Assembly (NCBI GenBank): GCA_964536205.1
Contig: CAZHVT010000001.1
Location: 5,944 to 69,943, forward strand
Direction of reading: 5' to 3'
DNA length: 64,000 nucleotides
Source: an uncultured Gammaproteobacteria bacterium
GTDB lineage: Bacteria > Patescibacteriota > Patescibacteriia > Magasanikbacterales > GCA-002688135
Part shown: piece by piece, positions 30,901 to 40,039 of the stretch
How the letters are laid out: each line of letters begins with the position of its first letter
Position numbering within the stretch: position 1 is the stretch's first letter
Made by a program: the position numbers and the translations under genes
The notes under the pieces: generated by a model
What the model was told of the DNA's origin: nothing
What the model saw: the letters and a program-made list of their open reading frames with translations, nothing else
Database searches by the model: none

Positions 30901-30987
30901 TGTTGAAGGTACTTCAACAGGTATTTAAAGCTAAATTTAGTATAACAAAGTGTGAAATAAAGTCAAATTGTTGAAGGTACTTCAACA
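30901..30987. promoter_or_regulatory. two identical palindromic operators flanking the TrmB promoter
   Basis: TGTTGAAG-GTA-CTTCAACA at 30901-30919 and 30969-30987, with TTGACT/TATACT on the minus strand between them. Confidence 0.8.
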
Positions 30988-31156
30988 CGAATTACTCTAA
31001 ATTTAGCGGTGTAGTTTCTATAATACATCTATCTGAGGCGCTTCTTGTTGGATCTCTTCCAACACAAAAACTCCTGGATTGCCGTCTATTTTTTGAGATT
31101 ATGGCAATAAAAAAATCCGATATATTATCGGATATAACTTACATATGTTTACAGTG

Positions 31157-31172
31157 CGTTCCGCGTGAAACA
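31157..31172. promoter_or_regulatory. parS-like site
   Basis: CGTTCCGCGTGAAACA, 2 mismatches to TGTTNCACGTGAAACA. Confidence 0.45.
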
Positions 31173-31177
31173 CCACA

Positions 31178-31741
31178 CTATCCAACTAAAAATCTATGAA
31201 TTCTGTTTACTATTAACCCGTAATCAATATCTGCTGGAATACCAGTGTTAACCTCAATCACGTCACCATTAATAGCAAGAGACTGCAGTTCCTTATTACT
31301 AAATAACTTGGATATTTCCTGCATATTCAGCTCATCTCGATGTCCTTTATGACGATCACCGCTCGTAGCTCTGGACGCAAACCTACTTCGCAGTACTCCA
31401 GCACTGGCAGTACAAACAACCTGAATGGCTCTGCATCTACTATCCTCTATGATCTGTCCCACTTTGGGAGAATCGATTTCAGGCTTGAAATTACTCTCCA
31501 CTATCGCAATGGCTCCTGACCTCATCAATTCCCTAAGAACTGTGTACATCATGAGATAGCTTGCGGCTCCAATCTTCCTTGACCACTCCCTATCTCCAAT
31601 TCCCATTGTATCGAATAGCCCCTCTTTTATATCATCCCTGCTAATGAGAGGCAGGTCCAAAGTCGTCGCCAAGTATCGTGCCAGAGTCGTCTTGCCACTT
31701 GCCGGCAAACCCCCAACGATGATTAATGCTCCTGTATTCAT
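31178..31741 (-). CDS. P-loop kinase/AAA_33-like protein
   Basis: IVGGLPASGKTTLA Walker A, ISRDDIKE, R..R...RH.GH. Confidence 0.85.
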   Translation of the reverse strand: MNTGALIIVGGLPASGKTTLARYLATTLDLPLISRDDIKEGLFDTMGIGDREWSRKIGAASYLMMYTVLRELMRSGAIAIVESNFKPEIDSPKVGQIIEDSRCRAIQVVCTASAGVLRSRFASRATSGDRHKGHRDELNMQEISKLFSNKELQSLAINGDVIEVNTGIPADIDYGLIVNRIHRFLVG

Positions 31742-31763
31742 GCATCCTCCGTCAGCACTATCC

Positions 31764-31836
31764 TGTCCCCAAGAGGAGTCGAACCTCTATCTCCACCTTA
31801 GGAGGGTGGCATTCTATCCGGTTGAATTATGGGGAC
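31764..31836 (-). tRNA. tRNA-Arg (CCT)
   Basis: GTCCCCA/TGGGGAC acceptor stem, CCACC-CTCCTAA-GGTGG anticodon arm, GGTTCGACTCC. Confidence 0.95.
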
Positions 31837-31919
31837 TTATTTGTTGAATTTGAGTTTACTCTGCTTTTTCCTCGTTTTGTGAGCTCAATGTTCTTTTTTT
31901 CTCATTCCTGTACATGATT

Positions 31920-31965
31920 TGTGGATATTCTGTGGATAGCGTGGATAAGTGTTTCACGCGTAACT
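31920..31965. promoter_or_regulatory. three tandem DnaA-box-like sites plus a parS-like site
   Basis: TGTGGATAT, TGTGGATAG, CGTGGATAA, then TGTTTCACGCGTAACT. Confidence 0.55.
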
Positions 31966-32168
31966 CTTTTTGCCACTTTGTTTAATATTCCAGAGCCAAT
32001 TTCTAAACTTGTTTTTTAACAGGGGATTGGTCATCACTTCTGCGTAAGTTCTTGTGTTTGTGAAACATAGCATGAAACACTATGTGCTATTTATTTTAAA
32101 TTAGTAAAATAATATTTTCTGTTTCGTACACATCTCAAGAAACGAGGTCTGTGTTATAATAGTGCCCT

Positions 32169-33146
32169 ATGAATACTCTATCAATTATCTTTGCTGCTGT
32201 CAGCGTGGTCGCTATTGGTCTTCTTTTATATATGCTCCGCGAAATCCGCGCACTTCATCATTCTCAAATGGCTGATAAATCATCTGAATTGCTTAATCAA
32301 AACGTACAGAATATGCATCAACGTTTAGATGCTGCGACAAAAATCCTTAATGAACGTCTTGATGCTTCACATAAAACCATGCTAACTAGTCATGAGTCAA
32401 TGTCTAAGGTTATGGGAACTGTTGGACAAGAATTGGGAACTGTAAAGGAAATCGGCCACAAACTCTCCAAGTTTCAGGAATTTCTCAACTCACCAAAACT
32501 TCGAGGAAATTTGGGAGAGCATATTTTGTATGATTCTCTTGCAAAAATCCTTCCAAAAGACAGTTTTACTCGGCAACATACATTCAAAACAGGAGCATGC
32601 GTAGACGCGCTTATTATAACAGATAAAGGCCATATTCCTATTGATTCGAAGTTTCCCATGGAGGATTTTCAAGCTCTAGCGAAATGTGAAGATGAGGAAG
32701 AGTTGGCGCGATTGCAATCTGCATTTAATCGAAGTACAAAAAAACATGTTGATGCAATCAGCAATAAGTATATTTTGCCGGCAGAGGGGACTGTTGATTT
32801 CGCATTGATGTATGTTCCTGCAGAGCAAGTTTATTATGAAATGGTGAGTGGAGATCACCAAATCTCTACATATGCCCAACAAAAGAAGGTGATTATGGTT
32901 TCACCAAACACATTCTTCCATTTCCTTCGCGTGGTTTTGATGGGACTTGAGAGATCCAAAGTAAATGATGAAGCGGAGAAAGTTTGGAAACTACTCACCT
33001 CACTCCAGCATGATTTCACCAAATTCGGTAAGCAAATCGACATCTTACAGAAGCATATATCACACGCAAGTTCCGCTGTTGAAGGCGTATCATCCGATTA
33101 CACGAAGATTGGCCTGAAGTTTGACAATATCAAGCAATTAGATTAG
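32169..33146 (+). CDS. rmuC: DNA recombination protein RmuC
   Basis: N-terminal TM, coiled coil, RGNLGE, IPIDSKFP, KYI, FALMYVPAE, VSPNT. Confidence 0.92.
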   Translation: MNTLSIIFAAVSVVAIGLLLYMLREIRALHHSQMADKSSELLNQNVQNMHQRLDAATKILNERLDASHKTMLTSHESMSKVMGTVGQELGTVKEIGHKLSKFQEFLNSPKLRGNLGEHILYDSLAKILPKDSFTRQHTFKTGACVDALIITDKGHIPIDSKFPMEDFQALAKCEDEEELARLQSAFNRSTKKHVDAISNKYILPAEGTVDFALMYVPAEQVYYEMVSGDHQISTYAQQKKVIMVSPNTFFHFLRVVLMGLERSKVNDEAEKVWKLLTSLQHDFTKFGKQIDILQKHISHASSAVEGVSSDYTKIGLKFDNIKQLD

Positions 33147-33249
33147 AATATCTCCGATTTGTAGTTTCGCACACATGTTTTGTGTCTCATTCGGTGAGCG
33201 AAGCGAAATCCCGCGTTACGCTTTACTCGTTACGCTTTACTCATAAATT

Positions 33250-33528
33250 ATGGCAAATACATCAGAAAGAAAGAGCGCTGGCTTAAAAGCCGTCCGCTCA
33301 GATAAAAAACGTGCTGCACGCAACGCCGCTCAAAAAGGCGCAATTGAAGTGCAAGAACGCATGATGAAAAAAGCAATCGTTGCAAAAGATTCAGAAGCAA
33401 TCAAAAAAATTCAACTCGGATTACAGAAACTCTACGACAAGGCAACAAAGAACAACATCATGCATAGCAAAACTGCCGATCGTAAAAAATCTCGATTAGC
33501 AAAACGTGTTGCAACTGCAACAAAATAG
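33250..33528 (+). CDS. rpsT: 30S ribosomal protein S20
   Basis: MAN..S..K...N, DKA.K....H.KTADRKKSRL. Confidence 0.9.
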   Translation: MANTSERKSAGLKAVRSDKKRAARNAAQKGAIEVQERMMKKAIVAKDSEAIKKIQLGLQKLYDKATKNNIMHSKTADRKKSRLAKRVATATK

Positions 33529-33614
33529 TCTCAATGAATCGCCGCTTGGCGATTTTTTGTTTGATCTTGACCATAATGAGTCTTATACTTTGTATCTAAC
33601 TATCAAATTTTTTT

Positions 33615-34439
33615 ATGAAAATCGGAGCACATGTTTCTATTGCAGGGGGGATTGATAATGCGCCTGGACGCGCTGCTGAGTTAGGTTGTGAGGTTTTTCA
33701 GATTTTTTCTCGTTCACCACAGGGTGGTCCTGCGCCAAAATTGACTTCTGAATTGGTTGATAATTTTTTGAATGAATGTGAGAAATACAAAATATCGGAA
33801 TGGGTCGTGCATACGCCGTATTATATTAATTTGGCGAATGCGAAAGAGGCGACACGGAAAAATTCCGCGCGGATTATTCGTGAGGAATTAGAGCGGGCGA
33901 GTGTGATTGGTGCGGCGTATGTTATGACGCATATTGGAAGTTCTCGTGAAGTTGGTCCTGAAGAAGGCTTGAAGTTATGCGTTGAGGGTGTGAAAAGGAT
34001 TATGGATGGATATGATGGATCTGCGAAATTTTTAATTGAGATTGCTGCTGGTTCTGGTCATGTGATTGGCGGAACATTTGAGGAAATAGCTGAAATCATC
34101 AAAAAATCTAAAGCTGATGTAGAGGTTTGTTTTGATACCCAACATGCATTTGGCGCAGGATATGATTTATCGACAAAAGCTGGCGTGAAAAAAACTCTCG
34201 ATCATTTTGATGCAACTGTTGGATTAGATAAGCTCAAAATTTCACATTGTAATGACTCAAAAGTAGAACTTGGGTCGCAGAAAGATCGTCATGAACATAT
34301 CGGTGAAGGATTTATTGGAACAAAAGGTTTTGAAGCTTGGTTTGCCGACAAACGCACAAAAAACATCAATTTATACCTTGAAACAAAACACGACGCAGTT
34401 GATACAGACATTAAACTTTTAAAGAAGCTGCGGGGTTGA
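33615..34439 (+). CDS. nfo: endonuclease IV
   Basis: IGAHVSIAGG, HTPYYINL, CFDTQH, HCNDSK..LGSQKDRHEHIG. Confidence 0.95.
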   Translation: MKIGAHVSIAGGIDNAPGRAAELGCEVFQIFSRSPQGGPAPKLTSELVDNFLNECEKYKISEWVVHTPYYINLANAKEATRKNSARIIREELERASVIGAAYVMTHIGSSREVGPEEGLKLCVEGVKRIMDGYDGSAKFLIEIAAGSGHVIGGTFEEIAEIIKKSKADVEVCFDTQHAFGAGYDLSTKAGVKKTLDHFDATVGLDKLKISHCNDSKVELGSQKDRHEHIGEGFIGTKGFEAWFADKRTKNINLYLETKHDAVDTDIKLLKKLRG

Positions 34440-34470
34440 CAAAGTCGTGAAATCCTGCTATACTTTTTTT

Positions 34471-34722
34471 GATTCGTTGGACTTTGTCCAGTCGAAGGAG
34501 TTGATTGCTGGGCTCATTACCCAGCAATACAACTCAGCACCCTGAGTGGAAGTTGGCCCGGGTAGCGTATATGCTGCAGCAGTCCAATCTCGTAAGGAGA
34601 TTGTGGGGCATACGTGCCCTTAAGCGGACTACCTCGTCCAGACTTCATCTAGCTTTGTGTGTGCCACAAAAGATTCTGCTGCGAGCGCCTGTTATCTATA
34701 TGATGACGGGCGTTTTTCTTTT
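34471..34722 (+). ncRNA. unidentified structured RNA candidate
   Basis: TTGACA-17-TATACT promoter at 34436-34464, nested hairpins, terminator-like hairpin plus T tract; no credible ORF. Confidence 0.55.
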
Positions 34723-34791
34723 TGAGTTACTCATTGACATTTCAAAAAATTTATTCTAGTATTGCTGCAGATCATTTGAAAAGGATGGAAA

Positions 34792-35184
34792 ATGAGCATT
34801 AGACTGAAGATTAAAACACCCCGACAGACCTTTGAGCGAATTCTCAATATGGTGAGGGGGCATTCAAAGGTGTATACGAGAAACGAAGAACTTCTCATCA
34901 TTTCATGTGGAGAGTTGAGCGGAGAGATTCTTGCGCGAGTCATCGCTCTTGGTGGGACGGTAAATCAAGAAAAGCCGTCTGATCTGGAAGACCCCGACAA
35001 ATTCATTCACTTTGAAATTGATGGCGTTCAATATGGTGCCGACCGCACACAATTTCTTGAGACTGGGTGTGTGCTTTTGCCCGGGGGGATGGTCATACGT
35101 ATTAATACTTGGAATGAGACTGCGCCTCCGACACCACGAACGTGGTCTGTTGTTCAAATGGCCAAAGCCTACCTTCTTCCATAG
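34792..35184 (+). CDS. hypothetical protein
   Basis: own TTGACA promoter, AAGGA RBS. Confidence 0.6.
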   Translation: MSIRLKIKTPRQTFERILNMVRGHSKVYTRNEELLIISCGELSGEILARVIALGGTVNQEKPSDLEDPDKFIHFEIDGVQYGADRTQFLETGCVLLPGGMVIRINTWNETAPPTPRTWSVVQMAKAYLLP

Positions 35185-35198
35185 ACTAGGGACATCGC

Positions 35199-35471
35199 AT
35201 GTACGAACATTACCATGCCGTGATGATGCGATCTGTTCGAGATAAGTGGAAGGAATCTACTTTTCTTGACTGGGTTGCACGAAATTTAAATATGGATCGT
35301 TCGACGATTTCACTTCAGACAACAGTTCCAACAGAAGATGCAATAGAATCGGTTATCAGTTATCTCGTGTGGCATCATTGCTCTCTTGATAAAGGCCTGC
35401 TTCCAAAAGATCGACTCCCAACATTAGAAGAAATTCGATCGATTTTTTCTCACACATCTGGTGGTGATTAA
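35199..35471 (+). CDS. hypothetical protein
   Basis: follows the previous ORF by 14 bp, hairpin terminator downstream. Confidence 0.55.
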   Translation: MYEHYHAVMMRSVRDKWKESTFLDWVARNLNMDRSTISLQTTVPTEDAIESVISYLVWHHCSLDKGLLPKDRLPTLEEIRSIFSHTSGGD

Positions 35472-35507
35472 TAACCACTCATACATCCCGTACCGCGGGA
35501 TTTTTTA

Positions 35508-35538
35508 ATTAAAAAATCCTCAACCGTAGTTGAGGAAC
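35508..35538 (-). terminator. terminator of the zinc-finger operon
   Basis: CCTCAAC-CGTA-GTTGAGG hairpin plus A tract; near-identical copy at ~38618-38643. Confidence 0.7.
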
Positions 35539-35539
35539 T

Positions 35540-36247
35540 TTAACGAAAGAAAAGTTCTTGTGGATGAACATCTACAGTCGGTAGATTCCACCACCAATGC
35601 AGAAGCGGCTTCCATCGCGAAGCGCTGGGTGCGAAATACACGGAGTTATCTTGACTTGGAATCGCAGGAAATGCACCCCCGATGAAGTATGAAAAATGCT
35701 CATCCATTCCGAATTCATCAATCAAAGAAACATCGGTGTTGTTCTTGCGGGCAATGCAGAATATACAGTATAACCACGTGCATGTTACGCTACGTTTGTG
35801 AGTTATCTTTGCCCATAATTTGCAGTTTGTTGAATCGCACTCTTGGCATCGATAATTTTCCGGGATTGGCTTTTCAGGAAGTACCTCTAATTCTGACAAT
35901 CCTTCCCACAATCCTACATGAGCGGAGGTGAGACAGCTCTTACGTACCCACGAATCAGCAATGCACAGTCTTCCGCCCGTGAAGTACATGCATTTCACTG
36001 CGCGCGTGTATCCACGATCTTCACATATTTTCTCATTTTCTTGCGTTGTCGTGCTCTTGGTGACTATCTGCCTTGTTCCCACAATACACTCAGTGCATGC
36101 GTACTGCGTGTATCTCATCGGCAGTGACAATGATGATGGTCGGCCTATATAACCCGAAGCTTCCTTCCACCACAATCTACATTTACGAGCGCCACATGTC
36201 TGACAACTGTGTCCCATCATTGATTCCAATAGTACTATATCTGACAT
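35540..36247 (-). CDS. GATA-like Zn-finger module x2 with HPQELFF C-terminal tag
   Basis: CQTC..CRLW..CTEC; CQEC..CKLW..CIFC..PAIP..WWNLP; ends HPQELFFR. Confidence 0.85.
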   Translation of the reverse strand: MSDIVLLESMMGHSCQTCGARKCRLWWKEASGYIGRPSSLSLPMRYTQYACTECIVGTRQIVTKSTTTQENEKICEDRGYTRAVKCMYFTGGRLCIADSWVRKSCLTSAHVGLWEGLSELEVLPEKPIPENYRCQECDSTNCKLWAKITHKRSVTCTWLYCIFCIARKNNTDVSLIDEFGMDEHFSYFIGGAFPAIPSQDNSVYFAPSASRWKPLLHWWWNLPTVDVHPQELFFR

Positions 36248-36255
36248 GTTCCCCC

Positions 36256-36615
36256 CTATTGAAAGAATTTTTCTTGCGGATGGATTTCTTCAGGAGCGTC
36301 CTTCGTGGGTATGTTCAGATGAGCAAATGCTTTCGCGAGCTGTACTGGCAGCTCCCACTCCTCATCCTCTTCTTCATTCCATGGATGTACGAAGGTAAAC
36401 CTACAACTATGCATTTTTGCAGCAGAATTAAGCTTTTTACCCAAGAGGCACTTATGATCTGCTGTTATGTATGGACAAGTTATTGGTTTTACAACTGTGC
36501 TTGCATCACCGTGCTTCTCAATCCGAACATACAAATTTACAGGTTTCACTAGAATCGCAGCTCCATTAGCCCCAACTCCAACACAATCAACACGAATATC
36601 AAGTGTGTCTTCCAT
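36256..36615 (-). CDS. domain-A-only protein with HPQEKFF C-terminal tag
   Basis: start MEDTL after a TAGGAGG RBS; similar to the N-terminal half of the 37313-38029 product; ends HPQEKFFQ. Confidence 0.8.
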   Translation of the reverse strand: MEDTLDIRVDCVGVGANGAAILVKPVNLYVRIEKHGDASTVVKPITCPYITADHKCLLGKKLNSAAKMHSCRFTFVHPWNEEEDEEWELPVQLAKAFAHLNIPTKDAPEEIHPQEKFFQ

Positions 36616-36623
36616 GTTTCCTC

Positions 36624-37304
36624 CTACTGAAAGAATAGTTCTTGTGGATGGATGCGTTGCGTTTGGAGGTTGCGCCACCATATAACGCGATCCTCTGGCG
36701 CGGCGGTGAATTTCCAGTAGCCTGTGCCTTCTAAGTTTGGCACTGCAGGCATATACGAACCAATCCAATCTGTTTTGACGTTTTCGCGAGCAAAGAGAGG
36801 ATTTACTATTTTCCCCTGATCATCAATTTTATTTACATCGATTCCAACATCTTTTGCCACACATTCTGCACAAAATGTCGATGTGCCGTTTTGCTTTCGC
36901 CACAACTTACAGTCATCTGCAGCACATTCGATACACCAATAATTTTTTGGTGTACCAATTGAGGATGTATCAATGTTCGGTCGTGCTTTTGTTTCCAGTG
37001 CACACCACCATTTCACGGCGTCGTCTGGAGCCCCTGCATATTCCCAGTAAGCCGAATTGTCAGGAAGCGGAATAGCGGCATAATACCACCCAATCCGATC
37101 ATTTTTGAGACCGTCGTCATCTGTAAACACTCCCGAATCATCCATGTCGCTGATGTTTTTTTCTTCTCTTCGAGAAGCACATGGTGCGCACACAAGACCG
37201 TATGACGGTACTGAGAAGTTTCTGAACAATTTACAGTTTGTGGAATTGCACTCGCGACAATAGTAATCAGCAGGAATCTCGTTTGTACTATAATCCAACA
37301 TCAT
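36624..37304 (-). CDS. GATA-like Zn-finger module x2 with HPQELFF tag
   Basis: CREC..CKLF..CAPC and CIEC-x17-CAEC modules; start MMLDY after TAGGAGG; ends HPQELFFQ. Confidence 0.85.
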   Translation of the reverse strand: MMLDYSTNEIPADYYCRECNSTNCKLFRNFSVPSYGLVCAPCASRREEKNISDMDDSGVFTDDDGLKNDRIGWYYAAIPLPDNSAYWEYAGAPDDAVKWWCALETKARPNIDTSSIGTPKNYWCIECAADDCKLWRKQNGTSTFCAECVAKDVGIDVNKIDDQGKIVNPLFARENVKTDWIGSYMPAVPNLEGTGYWKFTAAPEDRVIWWRNLQTQRIHPQELFFQ

Positions 37305-37312
37305 CGTACCTC

Positions 37313-38029
37313 CTATTGAAAGAATAATTCTTGTGGATGTGATGACTCTACAGGGAGTCGCTTCCACCAATCGAGCATTTCTTTGGTGATTTGTTCATTC
37401 CGCGCAGTGCCATGATTGGACGTCGCTTGTGCAGATGGGATTGCTGGATCCCATCTCGACTCAGGCAGATATGGTTTTATGTATGGAATATCCACCCCTC
37501 TTGGATTTTCTTCAACATCCTCATGAGTCAGCAGCTTCACCTTCATTATGCATGCCTTGCAAGATAATTCAAGATTATCGCTTTCCCAAAGTTGCATTCC
37601 TGTCTGCTCGCACTCCAAGCATCTATACCATTCGGGAACCTCACTCGCTGTGTAATCGAATACATTTTCGTCTGCATCTTCTTCAGGCTCGATGATGCCT
37701 AGTTTCTGTAGCACTGGGATAATCTCTCCGGGTGGTTTCCAGCCGGGGTTTTGTTTTTTCGAATATAGATAGTCAAAAGACAATCGACAATAAACCCCCT
37801 TTCTCTCTGGATCACATGTTTGACTCATGACGAAACATCGTGAACCAGATTCCTCACGACCAAACATGCACTCTTCCACTCTGACACGTACGTCAGATTC
37901 TTTGCTCAGCTTTAGAATCCCTATACGTACACTAACCCCCGCCCCCTCTAAGACAGGCTGGCCTTCGAAATCATAGCCCTCACATACCACTCTGGTTATT
38001 ACATCAATTCTTCCTGTGTCCTTAGTCAT
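37313..38029 (-). CDS. domain A + GATA-like Zn-finger module with HPQELFF tag
   Basis: CLEC..QLW..CKAC..PAIP..WWKRLP; AAGGAG RBS; first gene of a 4-gene operon. Confidence 0.85.
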   Translation of the reverse strand: MTKDTGRIDVITRVVCEGYDFEGQPVLEGAGVSVRIGILKLSKESDVRVRVEECMFGREESGSRCFVMSQTCDPERKGVYCRLSFDYLYSKKQNPGWKPPGEIIPVLQKLGIIEPEEDADENVFDYTASEVPEWYRCLECEQTGMQLWESDNLELSCKACIMKVKLLTHEDVEENPRGVDIPYIKPYLPESRWDPAIPSAQATSNHGTARNEQITKEMLDWWKRLPVESSHPQELFFQ

Positions 38030-38127
38030 AGCCGTCTTCTCCTTTTGTCAAAGAGCCTTTGAAATGTACGTTATTTTTTGTGGTTTGTCAATAGTTTAGA
38101 GAAAATAAAACCCCACTTACCGCGGGG

Positions 38128-38487
38128 CTATCTGAAGAATTTTTCTTGTGGATGCATGGGGTGTGTTGGGATATTCCTCCACCATAAACTCTCTTGCGCG
38201 CTGTTTGGTGTGTCTGTATACCATCCTCCGTCCTTGTTCCGTCTCGGGATTGCGGGGATGAACCAGCCTATGTGATTTGTTCTACCGGGGTGTTCTCGAT
38301 AGTGCGGATCAGAAATTGTTCCATCATCGTCTATTTCTTCGGTTGTTATTTTGACCCTTCTGGCGACGCATGCAACACAGTATGTGGTGTCTATCCTTTC
38401 TGTTTTCCATAACTTGCATTGAGATGCACCACACAAACTACACATGTAAGAGTCGGGTATATTCTGTGAGCTGTAGTCAAACGACAT
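38128..38487 (-). CDS. GATA-like Zn-finger module with HPQEKFF tag
   Basis: CSLC-x17-CVAC, IGWFIPAIP, WWRNIP; ends HPQEKFFR. Confidence 0.85.
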   Translation of the reverse strand: MSFDYSSQNIPDSYMCSLCGASQCKLWKTERIDTTYCVACVARRVKITTEEIDDDGTISDPHYREHPGRTNHIGWFIPAIPRRNKDGGWYTDTPNSAQESLWWRNIPTHPMHPQEKFFR

Positions 38488-38675
38488 GCGCACCCCCATC
38501 TGAATAATTCTTTTTGTGGCCGGATCTCTTTTTTGGTTCTTGTTTTAATTGGAGGCCATCTCCCTATATTCCAAAGAGTTATTGTAATGTACGGTGCTGT
38601 GATGTACTTGTCAATAATTAAAAACCTCAACCGCAGTTGAGGAATTTTATTGAATTAATGCTCCTTGTGAATGTT

Positions 38676-39023
38676 TTAGGGTACATTCGGCAAGCTCATC
38701 CACCATTGTGCTTGTGATTTTGTGTGGTGTCCTGTTGCCACATATTTCTCGTGTGAATCTAGTATGGCTGGGTAGTAGGCTCCGAGATTCCAGATTCTAC
38801 ACTCTGTATGATTCAGAGTGCATATACGTGTCCCATCTTCCCCTATATCCCTCAGACTTATCCCGAAATAATTAGTCAGACACACAATGCATTGCAACCC
38901 CTTGAAGCTTGGGTTCTTCCACAACTTACATTGTTTTGCGCCACATACTGCACACAGATAAAAGTCGGGTATCGACCTTGGTGTATCTTCTTGTAATGCG
39001 TCGTCCATTTTGACCCCCCGCAT
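38676..39023 (-). CDS. GATA-like Zn-finger module protein without tag
   Basis: CAVC-x17-CIVC, YYPAI, WWMSLP; ends NVP; start may be MDDAL. Confidence 0.8.
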   Translation of the reverse strand: MRGVKMDDALQEDTPRSIPDFYLCAVCGAKQCKLWKNPSFKGLQCIVCLTNYFGISLRDIGEDGTRICTLNHTECRIWNLGAYYPAILDSHEKYVATGHHTKSQAQWWMSLPNVP

Positions 39024-39075
39024 GTATTAATAAAAGAACAGCACATAATATCAAATATACTTGAATATGTCAACC

Positions 39076-39324
39076 CTACACCAGGTCATTTCCACCTTTG
39101 TTCCAAGGGTTGCAGCGGAGGATTCTAAAGAGTGTTTTTATTGATCCTTTTGTTAGGCCGTATTTTTTTATTGATTTGTAACTGTACTGCGAGCATGTTG
39201 GATTGAATTTGCAGTATCCGTGTGGGAAGAATTTTTTGAGCGGGCCGTGATCTGGAGAGAGTGTTTTTTGATAGAGGCGTACTAAAAACATTCCAATATG
39301 GCGGGGAATGTGTAGGATGTTCAT
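39076..39324 (-). CDS. yidD: membrane protein insertion efficiency factor
   Basis: YQKTLSP, CKFNPTCSQY, RILRCNPW..GG.D; position after rnpA. Confidence 0.95.
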   Translation of the reverse strand: MNILHIPRHIGMFLVRLYQKTLSPDHGPLKKFFPHGYCKFNPTCSQYSYKSIKKYGLTKGSIKTLFRILRCNPWNKGGNDLV

Positions 39325-39377
39325 ACTGGCGTTTGTGCTAATCCTCACGAGATCCTTCGACTTCGCTCAGGATGACG

Positions 39378-39761
39378 CTATCGCGTCAGTTTTGAGATGA
39401 GCTCCTTCATGTTTTCCATCACATCTTTATATGAAGCTGCGCGCTCGGGAGGCGTTTTTTGACCCTCTTCTTTCGGTTTGGTGTATGTGGTAGATGCTGA
39501 TCGTGCTTGAATAACAACATCAAAACCTTTTGGAACTGTTTCCAAAATTTCTCGCAATGATTCGCGAACACGACGTTTGATTAAATTTCGAACTGTGGCT
39601 CGTTTTGCAACTTTTGTACTTACAACTACTGCGAAGCGAGTTTCTTCTGCATTTGTTTTCAAAACTTGATACCGAAAAAGCGGCGTTATTACGCGCCGCC
39701 CTTTTTTAAATACTTTTTTAATGTCTCGTTCCGCCCGAAGTCTGTTTTGTTTGGGCAACAT
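39378..39761 (-). CDS. rnpA: ribonuclease P protein component
   Basis: MLPK.NRL, RFAVVVSTKVAKRATVRNLIKRRVRE. Confidence 0.95.
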   Translation of the reverse strand: MLPKQNRLRAERDIKKVFKKGRRVITPLFRYQVLKTNAEETRFAVVVSTKVAKRATVRNLIKRRVRESLREILETVPKGFDVVIQARSASTTYTKPKEEGQKTPPERAASYKDVMENMKELISKLTR

Positions 39762-39767
39762 AGTAAT

Positions 39768-39905
39768 TTATACAGCAAGAGACTTTCTTCCTTTGGCACG
39801 ACGTCTTTTCAAAATGTTACGTCCTCCTGGAGAATTTGTTCGAGCTCGAAAACCGTGCTTTCGTGCACGTTTTCTTACTTTTGGTTGATATGTTCGCTTA
39901 GGCAT
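39768..39905 (-). CDS. rpmH: 50S ribosomal protein L34
   Basis: [20 protein letters not shown]...[10 protein letters not shown]. Confidence 0.97.
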   Translation of the reverse strand: MPKRTYQPKVRKRARKHGFRARTNSPGGRNILKRRRAKGRKSLAV

Positions 39906-40039
39906 ATGTTTATTGGGCAGTAGGTTGCAGGGAGCAGGCAGTAGTTTTGCTTCGCTCAATGCTTTATTTGTGGGGGTATACTAACATTGTGGATTTTGTT
40001 TGGCAAGAGGTTGGGATGCACCGCGACATTTTGAGTATG

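Noticed and set aside
34505-34759. 84-aa ORF
   Set aside because: No homologous motifs; it runs through a hairpin-rich region and a terminator, better explained as RNA
35540-35566. HPQ resembles Strep-tag II (WSHPQFEK), and the codons CATCCACA resemble a DnaA box
   Set aside because: The context is natural, with varied codons and no vector traces; synonymous changes (CAC, CCG) break the DnaA box, so selection is on the peptide
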